Positions 24,020 through 38,400 of a DNA stretch of 64,000 bases are shown piece by piece. A model generated the notes under the pieces. The model was not told the origin of the DNA and ran no database searches. It worked only from the letters and a program-made list of their open reading frames with translations. The stretch lies in the NCBI GenBank assembly GCA_016748015.1, contig JAAOMT010000570.1, forward strand, positions 562,043 through 626,042, written 5' to 3'. Source of the DNA: Geosiphon pyriformis uo1 (Eukaryota; Fungi; Glomeromycota). The translations under genes and the position numbers were made by a program. Numbering within the stretch: position 1 is the stretch's first letter; each line of letters begins with the position of its first letter.

Positions 24020-25100
24020 ATTTAATAAGTAAAGTTCAAATATTACCTAATATAATAATTAAACTAAGTGATTTAAATTAGATATATATTATATATTTAC
24101 AATTTATGACCAACTACTTGAACTAATTAAAACAATATTACATTTTTATATAAACAAAAACATTTTTATTAATACTAAAAATAAATAAACACAAAGCATA
24201 TATGTCAAAACTAATATTTAAAGTTTTTGTAATATTAAGTATTTTAATTATATTTCTTAATAATATATTTAAAAAGCCATTAAAAGAAAAAAACACTAAA
24301 TTGTCTAGTAAAATTAAACTTTTTTTTCATAATTGCATGATGTTTTAAGTAAATAAACCAAATTTTATTTTTGTATATCAAGCTTAAATCATATATAAAA
24401 CCCATAATTTTATTAACAATAATCTTAAAATTTTTAAAAACAAAAAAAATTCCAAATACCAAGTTTTAAAAACAAAATTTTTGCATAAAATAGTATATAC
24501 TATAGCATTTAATAAATATAATAACAATAATTAAGACATACAAGACAAAAATTTGTACAGACCAAAGAGAAATTTTTATATAATAATTTAAAAAACTAAC
24601 AAAATATCATAAACAGTAAAGTTTATTAAACATAAAAACAAATAACTAAAAAACTTGATATTATTACAAAAAAAGTACAGAACATTATAATAACATCTAT
24701 TATACAGTTATTTATAAACAGTTATAAATAATCAATAATACAGAGTTTTTATAAAATAAAAATAAGCATTAATAGTAACTTAACAAATATATTCAATTAT
24801 TATATGAGAATTCAAGTATTATACTAATAAAGCATTAATTTAATTTACATTTTTAATTAAATTTTAATCTAAAATTTTGATATTACAACTGGTTTTTTAA
24901 TAAGTATAATAAACTATTTGAAAAATTTTATGAACAAAATATCTTATAATTTTAAATTATAATTAAAAGTATTAAATTCAAAAATAATACAATACTAGTT
25001 AATATCAGCTTTATTATTTTTAAAAATACCAAAATAGTTTTTAATTTTAGATTAAAACATATGTAGATTTTTTTTACTAATTATATTTGTAATATAATCC
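24020..25100 (-). mobile_element. Very degenerate LINE 3' fragment (ORF2 C-terminus plus 3' UTR)
   Basis: 24020-24137 matches the shared 3' UTR, and the following sequence is colinear with 4629-5500. Confidence 0.7.
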
Positions 25101-25609
25101 CATTTTATTTAACATATTAATATATAATAATTAAAAAATCATATAAAAAACAACAATAATAAATTTTAAATAGTCTATTATTATTAATTAAATAAATAAT
25201 TTATGTATTAAAAAATTAAATTTTTTGGTTTAAATAAGATATTATATATTAAAGTAATTTATAATTGCAAATAATTTATTTTAATTAAAATTATAATAAT
25301 TATCTGTTTATTTTTAGCAAAAAATTAACAATTAAAATTTTGTATTAATTAATAATTATTTGTTGCTTAAAATTTTGGTTTTAATAATATTTTTTTTTAA
25401 TGTTTATTTTATTTACAAAAAAATAAAAATAAAAATTTAAAAAAAACTTATATTTATTAAATATAATTATAATTATATTAAAAAAATAAATATTTATAAA
25501 GTTTAATTTTTTTTAACAATTTTATTATTATTATTATTATTATTATTAACATAAATTTTAAAAAATAATATTAATATTAACTAATAAACAAATTATTTAA
25601 TTTTATTTT

Positions 25610-27892
25610 TTTTATTAAAGTTTTAACAAGTATGGCCCAATCACTATCTAGAAATTAGGAACAAACTAAGTATTCCAAAACTAAATGTAATTTATGTATT
25701 TTCTACATATAACCAACTACTTAAACCAGTTTAGGCTATACTATGTTAATATACTAAAAGAAAACTTATTTAGAAATAACATCTTTTAAATAACATTAAA
25801 CAAAGTAATACTACAAAGAACCAATCCAACTAGTTATTTGGCCATTTTTAAGAGATCAGTTTTAATACTAACAAATTTATGTTTCCAAAAAGACATCAAA
25901 TTAGAAAATATCACATTATCTAGGCTAATAGAATACTCTAAATTATCAAACATATTAACATCTTTCATACAACACTTTTTCTTCAAAAAAACCACCTTTT
26001 TTTCCAACTTACTAACAATTTTGCTAAAAAAACCCATATGTACTAAAATTTCATTGATTTTAAGACCAAGTAAACTACTAGAAGTCAGATTTCTATTAAT
26101 AAATTGTTTAAATACTTTGACCAAAAAACCAACTGGTTTAACAATAGACTCAATTAAAATAGAAAGCTTAGCCAAATCAGATTTAAAAAAAGCCAATTGA
26201 GAGACCACTAAAAAATCACCAACAGTTACAGAAAAAAAAGCAGAAGCAACCAAAGAAGAAAATTTAGAAGGGTTTAAAGAAGCAGAAATCTTAGCATAAA
26301 AAGCACTACTTATAACATAAAATTTAAATATCTTGAGAATTTTGAGAGAAGAAGGCAAAAAAACTTTACAGTTTACAGCCAGATAGCCCAAATCTTAACA
26401 CTTAAAACAGCATTAACATTCAAAAGTTTTCTACCAAATATGGCACTTTCTCAGTATACCAGTCTTAACTACAGCAGAATTCAAATCAACTTGAGAACCA
26501 AATGTAACCAAAACAAATTGAAAACAATGACTGGAATCAAAAAAATAAAGAATAAAACAAGTCTGGCCACCAACCTAAAAAATCATATTACTGATTTTAA
26601 AAGCAGTAGAGCCAGGAGAAAGATTAACCAACTTGGTCTTAAAACTGTTATAAGACAAAATTGTCTTTCTTTAATTTACAAAAGGAAGGATCCATACATT
26701 ATTTTTGTTTACCAAAACTGACCAGTAATTGAAAGCAGAAGCAGCAACATCCAACTTTTTAAAATACACAACTACATATTGCCAAACACCAGCAAGCTTT
26801 AACACAACATAGGACACCTTACCAAAAACACCAAGAGCTGACTTAATATTGACAACAAATACATCTAAAGATATATTATATAGCACAATAGCAGCAGAAA
26901 AAAAACCAGACTCAGAAACCACTAAAAACTTGGTAATTTTAAGAGTGGCAAAATGAACAGAGCTTGTAAGCTCAACCAAACAAACAGCATTCAAAGAACT
27001 TTAAAAAGCAAATTTCACACAAAAAAGCTTCACATTGTCTTTTAATGCTGACTTTACACCCAAAAAACTATGTATAGACTAAAAAACAGTCTTAACATAA
27101 GCCAATTTAATCTTAAAAGTAGTATTAAGCACCAGAGTAGAGACCACCCATCCAGTAAACTTTTGATGATTAGCAATGGTTTCCTAAGCACTATTAGCAA
27201 CAGCACCAGAAACCAAAAGAAAAGATAAATCAGTTTTTATTTGGTCAGCCCAGTTCTTAAAAACAGATAATAATACAAAAGATGATTGTTTTACTTTTAA
27301 AGCCAGTAATAATCTGTCGGAAGACACCACATTTAACAACATAATTAGTGGTTGATTTTGGTTCATCTTAAATAATATGTTGAATAATATTATAGAGATC
27401 TCACCTAAGATCTTATTGAAAACTACAAAAAAGTTTAATATAACAATAACAAAGACAAGTAACTGCTCCCATTTTTCTGAACTTTTGGTTTTTTTGATCA
27501 TTTTTTTTAAAGAGGTGGTACTGACAGCACCAGATGTTGAAACTATAGAAGATAAGACCATCTTGTTTATTGATCTATTATTAAAAACTTTTGGGCTTTT
27601 AGTTGGAATGGAGGCAACACTGAAATTAATCCAAGTGTGTCTTTTTGAGAAAATTTTAACTGGTGAAAAACCAGCCAAAAATGAGAAAATTGCTTTAGTA
27701 GCTACTAAAAGCAGTTTTTTACAATTATTAAGTAAAAAAAAGACTTCTAAAATGTTCTGTTTGGTTGCTTTTACAACAAAAAGAGCTTTTCTGATTGAAA
27801 TTTTATTAAATATCTTAGAAAAGATATTAGGTGCAGTTTTTTTACTCTTTGCTCTGGTCATGATCATAAAATTAAAGAAACAAAGAGTTTTC
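25610..27892 (-). mobile_element. Non-autonomous ORF1-only retroelement (HAL1-like architecture): one ~700-codon RRM/CCHC ORF followed directly by the LINE-type 3' UTR and A-rich tail
   Basis: ORF pieces 27184-27867, 26671-26994 and 25834-26391. RRM-like 'GVWQYVVVYF...WSVLVNKNNVWI' is homologous to LINE ORF1 'GLWQKTIVEL...'. Degenerate knuckle CFKC*DLGYLAVNC at ~26365-26410. 3' UTR at 25620-25740. No APE or RT sequence. Confidence 0.85.
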
Positions 27893-28329
27893 CATATATA
27901 TTATAATTTATTGTTTTATTATATTATAAATAAGTGTATTTTAATAAACTATATTTAAAGTATTTTAATTATTATATAATTTTTTTAGTAAAAATTATAT
28001 ATATATATATTTTATAAAATATTGGTTATTATATTAAACAAAAACTTTTTTATTTTTTAAAATAATTATAATTCTTATTTTTAATTAGTTTAATACTTAA
28101 AAAACTTTTTTTAAAATAAAAACAACCAAGTAATATTTTTCTAAAATGCTTTTTTTAAGTAATATAAAGTTAAAATGTTATTTTTGAATTTTTATTATTA
28201 TTATTAATGCAATTAATGAATGAAGTCCAACTGCTATCTAGTACATAAAGCCAAACTAAGAGGCTTAAACTAAATACAGTTCATGCACTTTCTACATGTA
28301 GTTAGCCATTTGGGCCAGACAAGGCAATA

Positions 28330-31300
28330 TTACACACCTAAAAAAACATGCGGACTACCATCCAAACCAGAGAAAAAGAGACAAGACCTATGATGACCAA
28401 AACTAACAGCAAAAGAGCTATTAACGCCAAGCATCCTCACCACCTTGCCAGACAACAAAAAGTTCATGCAATAAGACAAACCAGAAATCAATGTGTCATT
28501 ACCAACCAAACCTGCTGCTTCTATTTTCATCCTGTACGCAAACCTCACCAACCAGGCCTTTGAGTGATGCAACTCAACCAAATGCCCAACAAAACCAACT
28601 ACAACACTAACAGCCTTCTTTTTACTTTCGAAAACCTCCATAGTCTCTGCACACCAATCTCTTAGCACAAACCTCTTACACAGGACAGAATACAAGCCAA
28701 TGTCCAAAAAACACCAATCAAGAAACTGCAAAACAGCAAAAGATGACAAGCTACAAGATCTAACAAAGAACACCCAGTTAGCAGAAGCAACAGCCAAAAT
28801 ATTCCTCCAAATCTCTGTGTCATGAGAACACGTAAAAACATGATCTGACAACTCCACCTCACAATACAGCAAACACAGCACACTAGGGTAACATTTATCA
28901 TAAAGCTGTTTCCTCACCACCACAGGCATCTGATGGTGCACAGCCTTCATCAAATAGGTGTGAAGACAAACAGATCTCTGACTAGTAAAACCAGTAAGCA
29001 TATGCAAATTAGGATGCCACACCCTAATGATAGCTTCCCAATTAACAGTTTCAGTCAACATGGCAGGAATCACGTCTCGACCAGGACCCACCTTTCACCG
29101 AGCACGACAAATGGATCTAAACAAATCTTGAACAAAATGATGAGCATTGCCAAACATAGGTGTGTCCTCAGCAACCAAAAAATGCTCACTGACACCAACA
29201 GGTAAAGAAAATCAAGAGAGAACAGTGTTTCCAGCAGCAGCATCCACTCTAACATTGCCATAAACCCCAGAATGTTCTTTAACCTTGACCCAATGAACAG
29301 AAAGATCCTTGTTATGAACCAAATTAAAAATCCAGTGCCTCTCCAACCAACACAAGGAGTGAAAATCAGGCACAGACAATGACATTTCAGAAATGCATGC
29401 ATTAATGGCCATCTGACTATCAGAATGCACTACAACAGAACAAGAAGAAGAAATGCACTCCAAAGCAAAAGCGATGGTCTGCAGTTTGGCCATAGTAGAA
29501 GACAACAGCCCAAGAACCCTAATGCCAACACTCAAATCAATTGCAGGAAAATAAGCAGCTGCTCCACTGGCTACATCAGCACGACCATAATTCCTAACAG
29601 AACCATCCGTAAAAATCTCAAAAGAACCAGACCAAATCTCATGCAACTCATTCTGAACAACAGAAAACTCCTTGGTATCCAAAACACTCAAACTAGAAGA
29701 ATAAGCAGATTTTACAGAAATGGCCATAGAAGCACCCCCACCACAAAGAAACTCAGACATTACCTTAAACCAATAAGGAGCAGGACCCCTTGGATCCAGC
29801 CTTTTCTAGCACCAAAAAGTCTCCCAACTCATAACATGTCCTTTTTTGTCAAACAGTCTATTATCAGAAGCCACACCAAACCACTTCAACAAACAAACAG
29901 AATCGAAGAATAGAGAACCCCCCAGAATAGAAAACACAGGAAAGTGACCAGAACTATGGAATGCATTGGGCAAATTATTGGCCAGAGACAGCTTATTATA
30001 CAGAAAAATCTTAACCACACTAGCCAGAAAATTATTTACAGGACTAACACACAATTTAACAGAAAACTGTAAAGGGTTTAAAGGAAACCACCCCAGAACC
30101 TGCAAATCAAGAAACCTATGCTCAAACAAACGTTCAAGAACACCAAAAGAATTGAAAAATGAGATCAAGACAGCCAACTTCTCTTTGAACTGCACCTGCT
30201 CAAAAGATTTTTGGCTGTACAAAGAGGGATGACACAAAGCCTCAGTAGGAAAATCATGAGACAAACCAGCTTTGGACTTAAGACCCTTTCTCAACATCAC
30301 ATCCCATTTGCAGCATACAGATAATGAAACAAAGCTGAACTGAGTGCAATAGCTGACAATAGACTGCAAAATGGCTAACACCAAATATGAGAACTGCTTA
30401 TCAGTAATAGCTTTTCTAAGAATCACATTAGTAAAAAAACGAACATCAGAATGTGTCTTGACCAGACTTGGCTTTAAAAGCCCATTAGTAGATAAAAAGA
30501 TCCCCAGATAACAATGAGTTTTACTCTTTTTAGTGATTAAGATGAGAAGACCACTATTACACAAAGAAACAACTCTAACACCCTGATTGATCAAAATGGC
30601 CACAGTCTTTTCATTGTTAATAGAAATGTCATTAAGAGCAAAAAACCCACTTGCAATGTCCAAAATATTCTGAGTAGCAGTTTGACAGTTTCCAATTCAT
30701 ATTGTATTATCAACAAAAGCACTAGCTGCAAAATAAGAAAAGAACCCACTGCCACTTTCAATACAGTCTGACCTCGAAACAAATCTGGAATCCATCTGGT
30801 ATCCAAAAAACTGTTCATGCCTTTTAACCTTACACAGAAGTGGGTCATAAAAAATTCTCTACAAAAGAGGTGAGAAGACTTCACTCTAATCCAACCCATC
30901 ACACACCACATAACTATTTGAAAGCCCAAAGTCTGTCATTAACCTGTTAACTCTATTCTTATGAATGTTACCAAAAAATAACACAAATCTCTTACACATT
31001 TTGATACATCGCAAGCTTGTTCTCAAGTAGTGCCATCCAACTAAGTTGTATGCTTTGGATATATCTTGCAAGACCAACCAAACTTTTCTGTTCTTTTCAA
31101 GGGCATCCTTAATCACAGACCCAATTGCAAACACCAGAGATTGCATAGAAGTACCCTTAAGCACCAAAAAATTATTACCTTGAAAAACACCAAACTTGCT
31201 GTATGCCAAAGAAATACAATCTGACAAAATTTTGGAAAGAATCTTCCTGGCCATCTTGATGAGAGCAATGGATTGAGTGTTTGTAAGAATTCCATCCCAG

Positions 31301-33020
31301 TCATAAGGTTTAGGAATTATGGGAACCCAAGCTCTTTTCCACAAAACAGGCACATCTCCCACAGTCAAACATGAATTCAGCAAACCCAAAAGACACTTCA
31401 ACACCATGTTACTACTATGCTTCCACAACTCATTAGGAATATCAGACAGATCAGCAGCCTTGCCATTAGGTAAATTGTTAACCACCAAAAGCAACTCACT
31501 CATATTGATTGAGCACATCACACCTGAAAAAGCATTATCTCTTACATAATCTAATGGAGCATACTAATGAGCCCAGACATTAAGCACAACTGAAGACACC
31601 ATTCTCTTCCTAGTCCAGTCTTCCATAATCTCATTAACACCAAGTTTCACCATACTCGGCTCCAACACCAATTTATCATTAACAACTAAATGATCAAAAA
31701 CTATTTTGTGGAAAGGCCAATCCAACATACTTCTAATCATTGCACTCTTATCAGAACAAAATTTTTCCATGCGGCACTCAATGGCCTTCCAAACAGAAGC
31801 TTCTTCAGCCAACTTTGACTCGTACATCTTGGATTTCCTGTATTCCTTCCGAATAATGACAATTGCTTTAAGACATCTGAAGACTTGCCACCAACCTGGA
31901 TCATATTAGCAATCATGGCAGCCTTACCACCATCCAGTTTGGCCCAGACATTGATAAGCTGATTGACTCTTTGCAAATTGCCCAGTCCCAGTCCTTTAAC
32001 AACTTTAGCAACTAACAGTTCTAACCTGAAAAACTTAGAAGAAAATTTGTTCTTGGAACACTGAAACTCACTGAACCAATGCCTCAAAAATATCTCATTT
32101 GCTGAATCCACCAACACTTTTTCTAAAAGTACCCATATGCCATCCACATCAGCATGAGCCAAAGTGTCTGAAAACTCACCAGATACAGCCAAAAGCTTGG
32201 TAGAAGTGCAGTCCTTAAACTGAGACTATTTGGTCTCATCAGCAGCCTTAATGAGAAACTTCCAGCAATCCTTGTTAGTCTGCTTGCACAAGCTATTTAA
32301 CCAGCTGTCCAAGAGGCCACCCAAACCAACAGAGACAGAAACCACACAATGATTAGTGTCAAAAAAGTCAGAAACAGAGCTGACCTCATGGCCAGTAATG
32401 ACAGAAGCCAAATTTTCACTAACAAAAATGAAATCAATAGTCTTTTTGACCTCCCTAGAATTGGTCCATGTAGAATTACTGACCAAAAGGTGGCCAGCAA
32501 ACAAATTGACCAGACCCAACCCCAAACAGAATTTGAAACTCGCATTTCTTCCAGATTTATTTTCATTGAAATTTCCACCCAAAATAACAAAACAGCTAGA
32601 GTTAACAGCCTTAGCAATGACAAAGTTTACTTCAGAAGCCTGACCAAAACGAGTTCTAAAAGATGCACCTGTATACAAACCAACAACAGACACCAAAAGC
32701 TTATCCTTGAATAAGAGATGCACCACCATGACATGACCAGGAACCTTCTCAATTTTAGTGACATGACAGACCAAGAAGTTGGCCATAATAATAGCCACCC
32801 CAGTACCAAGAAAACCCTTATCCAAACCCAAAGAGAAAATTCGCACACTGTCAAATTTATTCGCAATTCATGGCCTAGTTAAAGACCTTAACTTTGTCTC
32901 TGTAATGATCGAAATCAAATTTCCAGAATCAAAATACCAGTGCACAACATCCTTTTGTTTAGCAGAAATGTTGATGCCACAAATGTTACATGTAGCCATC
33001 TTCCAAACCAAGTTACTCAT
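28330..33020 (-). pseudogene. LINE ORF2 (APE endonuclease, RT, RNase H), disrupted
   Basis: Fragments 32226-32846 (APE, TIDFIF), 30886-31521 (RT), 29212-29760 (RNase H) and 28330-29091. Confidence 0.92.
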
Positions 33021-34876
33021 TGGGATAAAAAGGCCAAATATGAACCTAAACCAGAACACAAGAGATCTAATCTCACTAGAATTGAACCAAACAAAGTCTC
33101 TAAAGCAGACATCTTTGATTCCAAACCACCCACCTTGGAGATAAAGACTTTTGAACCACTTGAACTGAGAACAGTAGCAGACTCACCACTACCTGAAAGG
33201 AGAGGATCAGCCAAAGCCAACACATCATTCAAAGCCATGTCTGAATCCACAGCTGGAGCCGAAGGCACAGAAACAGCCAAAGAAAGAGCACAAGGAAGAG
33301 CCACCAATGGCACCAGTTCAACAAAACTCAATTTTTTAAGAATAACAGAAACTTGATCTGAAAAAATCTCCAAAGAGTGCTTTAATACTGCCAAATGATC
33401 ATTTAGACCAACAACCTAATGACTAGAGGGGCCCACAACGGAAGGCATGCCACCAGAAAACAAACCAAAACTGGAAGGAGAGCTACCAGAAGAGAAGGCA
33501 CTAGACACTACTTAAGCCCAAAATTTGCCACTAAAGGCAGTAGAGCAAGAGATGGGAACGTCTTTTTTGGCATACAATCTTGCCAGCTGAAGATAATTCA
33601 CACCAAGAGAAAGTTTTTTTAACAACTCGGAAGATATAAGAGGTAGAACATCAGAGGCATTGCACTCCAGAACCAAATAACCAAAATGCCCACACTTTCC
33701 ACACTAAACCAAATCTAACCTAGCCCAAAAAAGACGAACGCCACTGAAAATAGACTCAGTAAGAAAAGCAGATTCCAACTCCTTATTGGATTCAAAACCA
33801 ATCACAGCACAACAAAACCTATTGCCGGTTTCCAATGAATGATTGATGATGCAAGTTTTACCTTCAGCCTTTTCCAAAAGGGTACCAAGATCATGTACAG
33901 TTGTTCCCACTGACAAAGTAAACAACAGTGCCCTAAACCAATCTCTTGATGCCCAGACATCATGAACCTCCACAGCTTTGGCAACATGTACAGAATCTTT
34001 TCTGATCAGGAATGACCATTTTGATGCCAGCAGATTAGCTTGACTTGATTCGGCAAACTCTACCACAGTCTTTTGCCACATTCCAATCAATTGAATTCTG
34101 ATTAACTTAATTTCACTAAACTCAGTGACTGTGGTGATGATCATATCCTTCAGTGTGTCCATGGGAATCTCTTTGATTACCACAGCCCAATCTGAATGCA
34201 CTCTCTGTTTTTTGAGATCAGTGTTTACAACAATCTTATTTTCTTTGGCCAATGACATGGCCATTTCTATGCTCTTTTTTAATGTAAACATTGATCTGAT
34301 GATCTCTTCAAATTTTGAAGGGGTAGTGGCCTCCTCAAAACCATTGATTGTTGAGAAAATTTTTCTAATTAACCAAGTCTTAGCCATTGTCAATTCACCC
34401 TCTACAGCTAAGAGACTAATATCCAAAGCAAATGACTTTTTAACTGACACTTTTACAGGAGTCTTGATAATTTTAGGGTCAATCCATTTCTTCTCTAAAG
34501 AGATAGGTAAGCAAAGAGGGAGCACAACTTCATCATCATCCATATGAAAATTAGGAGAGCTAAGCAGAGAACCAAAACCAGCACCAGTATTGACTCATTT
34601 TGCCTTGGATGTAGTAGCTGCTGAACCCAAAAGAAATCCACCATCTGTTCCAGACATGCTAACATCTTCATCTTCACCAGAAAGACTCTCCACATCAGAA
34701 TACACACTGCCACTAGATCCAGCTTTGCTCAAGAATATATCCTTTTCATCACCAGAATGTTTCACATTACTAAGAACAACCTTTTTCTTCTAAAAAAAGG
34801 AGCCACCAGTAGGATCTTGAAAAGCACCCTTAGGAGCCTTCTTCTTAGGTGCAGTGCTACTAGCAGTAGCCTCTAT
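33017..34876 (-). pseudogene. LINE ORF1 (RRM-like, zinc knuckle, C-terminal coiled-coil-like segment), disrupted
   Basis: Fragments 33704-34543 and 33017-33394 are homologous to ORF1 of the other copies. The start codon appears mutated (ATA). Confidence 0.85.
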
Positions 34877-35457
34877 ATCCACAAAAAATGGGTTGCTATT
34901 AAGTAAAAAAATATTGATATAGATTAAAAAAAATAAAAAACTTTTTTTTCCAGAAAATGCGCTTTTTGGGGATTTGTGGAGGTAAGAGAGAAAGAAGTTA
35001 ATTTTTTCTTTTTGAATTTAAGTAAAAGTTTTTTTTTATTCAAAATTTTTTTTAAGTAATTAATTAAAATTAGTTTTAATATATATTATTATTACAAAAA
35101 ATTTAAAGATTTTTAATAACAAACCAATAATGAAATTGTTTTTTTTATGTAATTTTTTATATATATATTTAAATAATTAAAAAAAGCAAAAAAGCAAATT
35201 TTTTTAGTGTTTTTTAAAATACTATTTTTACTTTAAAGTCTATTTTTTTTGTAAAAATATAACATTAACTTTATCTAATTTTTTTGGTATTTATATTAAT
35301 TTTATTATAATTTTATTTTATTTTATTTTTTTTATTAACATTTAATGAGTGAAGTCCAAACACTGCCTAGTGCAATACATCATACAAATGATCTAAACTA
35401 GGTGTGAATCATGCATTATCTACATGTGACCAGCCACTCTGACCAATCAGGACAACA

Positions 35458-38400
35458 CTAAGCACCTATATAAACAAAAACCTCATCTCCTATGCCTGAA
35501 AAAAACAAACAAGACTTACAGAATCCAAAACCAACACTAATTGCCTCAGCAACACCCAGCAGCCAAGTTACACCAGATGACAGCCCTAAAGAAAGCCCAG
35601 AAATTGAGACAGGAACTGACCTATCACACGGAATAAGCCTATTTTTTTCCATAAAAGCATGGTGCTTGGCGCAAACCAACCAAATATCTTCTCAAAAAGC
35701 CAAGCTAAACTCATGCACAAAGGCCACAATGTTCTGACCCGCTATCCTGGAATCCTTGAAGACAGAAACAGACTCACGAAACCAATCCTTGAAAACAAAA
35801 CCTTTGCATAGAGCAGTACTAACTGAAATGTCAGATACACAAGTAAACATCAGCTGTGAGACACCTGAGGAAGAATGAGCCAAACTGGATGAGCGTCCAA
35901 CAACTGAGCATGACCATTGGCATCAAATGAACAAGAAAACACATGGTCTGAGACCTCGACATTACCGCAAAACAAACACATCACATTGGGGTATCACTTA
36001 TCATAAAGCCGCTTACGTATGGCGACAAGGAGCCAATAGTGCAATGCCTTCATAAAGTAAGTCCAAAAACCAGCAGTCCACTTGCTAGTAAAGCCAGCAG
36101 CCATGTAAGAATCTAGATGCCAAACCAGCGATGACCTAAACCAATCAATATCTGTACACAGACTATTCACCACCACCCCCATACCACAACTGATTTCCCA
36201 ATGTGCATGATGAACTGACTGAAAAATATCTCGAACAAAATGTCTAGAATTACCAGAAATGGCTGCTCTCCCACTTCTAAGATAGCGTTCATCGACAGAA
36301 TGGGGCAGATGCCAACCAGAGAAAGCTGCAGCTCTGGCCAACTTATTAGCTTGTTCATTGCCTAAAACCCCTAAGTGTCTTTTTACCTTACACCAATTAA
36401 CTTTTAAATTCTTATGATGAATAACATTAACAATATGGTGGTGTTCAATCCAACACTGATTCCTAAAATCTGGGCAAACCAATTCCATTTGCAACCTGCA
36501 AGCATTCAAAGCAGCCTGACTGTCCAAGAACAAGTCGACTGAGCAAAAAGAAGGGACGCACTCAAGCGCCAGAGCAATAGCCTGCAGTTCCGTTAAGGTA
36601 GAAGACATCAAACTAGATACCCCTACACCCAAACCCATACTAATGTCCTCAAAGAAAACAGCAGCCCCAGCTTTTATATTAACAGTCCCTAAATCACTTA
36701 GAGATCCATCTGTGTAAACGGAAAAACAACCAACATTAGAATTGAATAAATTGGTGCCAATGACACCAAACTCATGAGACTGAAGAACATCTGAAGAGCC
36801 GCGATCAGCCAAAAGCGTGGAGCAGACAGGAAAAGAAGACATGCTACCAAGAAAACGAACTGACAGCTCAAACCAGACAGGAACTGGACCACGTGGGTCT
36901 AACCGCTTCCACCGTTTGAAGGTTTTCTACTCAAAAACAGTCCCATTTCGGTCTCATAGCTGGTCTACAAAAGCAATCCCATAACGCTGAAGTGAAGAGA
37001 CACTCTTAACATAATTTGATTCACCAAGAACAAGAAACATAGGGGTTCCACTCCGATAACAAAAAGCGCTAGTCAGAGAGCCACCCAATAACAAATCACA
37101 TCCAGAGAAAATATGCACCACACCTGCCAGAAAATTGTTTAGAGGATTGACTTTGACACGAACTGGACACTACAACAGATGTAGTGGACACCAGCAGAGG
37201 ACCTACAGATCATGTGACTGGTGAGAAAATAGACACCCCAAAATCCCAACAGAGTTCGTGAAAGAAACGACCGAAGCCAACTTGCTCTCAGCTTGAACTT
37301 GCTCAAAAGTCTTCAAACCATACAGAGAGGAATGATAAATCACATCATTGGAGAAATTACGTGGCAAACCAGACTTAGATCTCAAGCCCTTATGAATCAA
37401 AGTGTCCCACTTTCTACAAGAACTAATAGGAATGTAACTGAACTGTGTTCTATATCCAATGATAGGAAAGAGGACCACCAAAACCAAATATGAGAGTTGC
37501 TTATCAGATACTGCCTTTTTTAGGACTAAATTAGAAAAAAACTGGACATTAGAATGTGCCTTAGCCAAACTAGGCTTCGAAAGACCCTCAGTTGACAAAT
37601 AGATTCCCAAATAGTGATGTGATTCCCCCTTCTTGGTGATAGAAATAGATGACCCGCTGATCAGCAAAGAGGAAGCTGTACCATCACAATTAATGAGAAT
37701 GGCAACAGTCTTATCATTATTAATCGAGATGTCATTAATATTAAAAAATTTACTAACAACGTTGAAAATGTGTTGTGTGGCACTTTGACTGCTGCCAATT
37801 CATATAGTATCATCAACAAAGACACCCGCTGCAAAAAATAAAGATACACCAGCCCAAGACTCAGCATGACCACATCCAGAAATAAAATGAGAATTCAATC
37901 TATAGCCATACCCATCCGCCTGTCTCTTAACTTCATACAAAAAGGGATTATAAAATATGTGCCAGAGAAGTGGTGAGAACACCTCCCCCTGGTCCAAGCT
38001 ATCATGCACCATGTACCTGTCCGTCAAACCAAAATTTGTTATAACTCTGTTAACGCGACTACTGTGGATGCTGCCAAAGAACCTAATGAACCTACTACAC
38101 ATCTTTATCCTAACTAAACTGTCCTGAAGGTGTTCCCACCCAACAGAATCATAAGCCTTCCGCATGTCTTGCAAAACCAACCAGAGCTCATGATTCTTCT
38201 CCAAAGCATCCTCAATAACTGAATCAATGGCAAAAATAGGAGACTGTGTTGTCATACCCTTTAAAACCAAAAAATTGTCCTCATGCAGAACATCAAAAGT
38301 ATTACAAGCCAACAAGATCCTATCTAAAAGAATCTTGGAAAGAATTTTGTGGGCAGTTTCAATCAAGGCAATAGGTTGAGTGTTCATAAGAACCCTTTCC

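Larger units (their letters stand above)
28195..35000 (-). mobile_element. Full-length degenerate LINE, second subfamily
   Basis: ORF1 ~34876-33017 (RRM-like, CGKCGHFG knuckle near 33690) and ORF2 33020-28330 (APE, RT, RNase H FTDGS, C-terminal Cys/His finger). 3' UTR at 28213-28329; 5' motif at 34986-34999. Confidence 0.95.

Noticed and set aside
27377-27958. 193-aa plus-strand ORF and many other antisense ORFs over the LINEs (e.g. 29425-29913, 34125-34547)
   Set aside because: Shadows of minus-strand element ORFs, with no independent motifs.
35342-35457. LINE 3' UTR as a known ribozyme, tRNA or 5S-derived RNA
   Set aside because: No hammerhead, HDV-like or tRNA box A/B consensus is visible. 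Kept only as a structured RNA.
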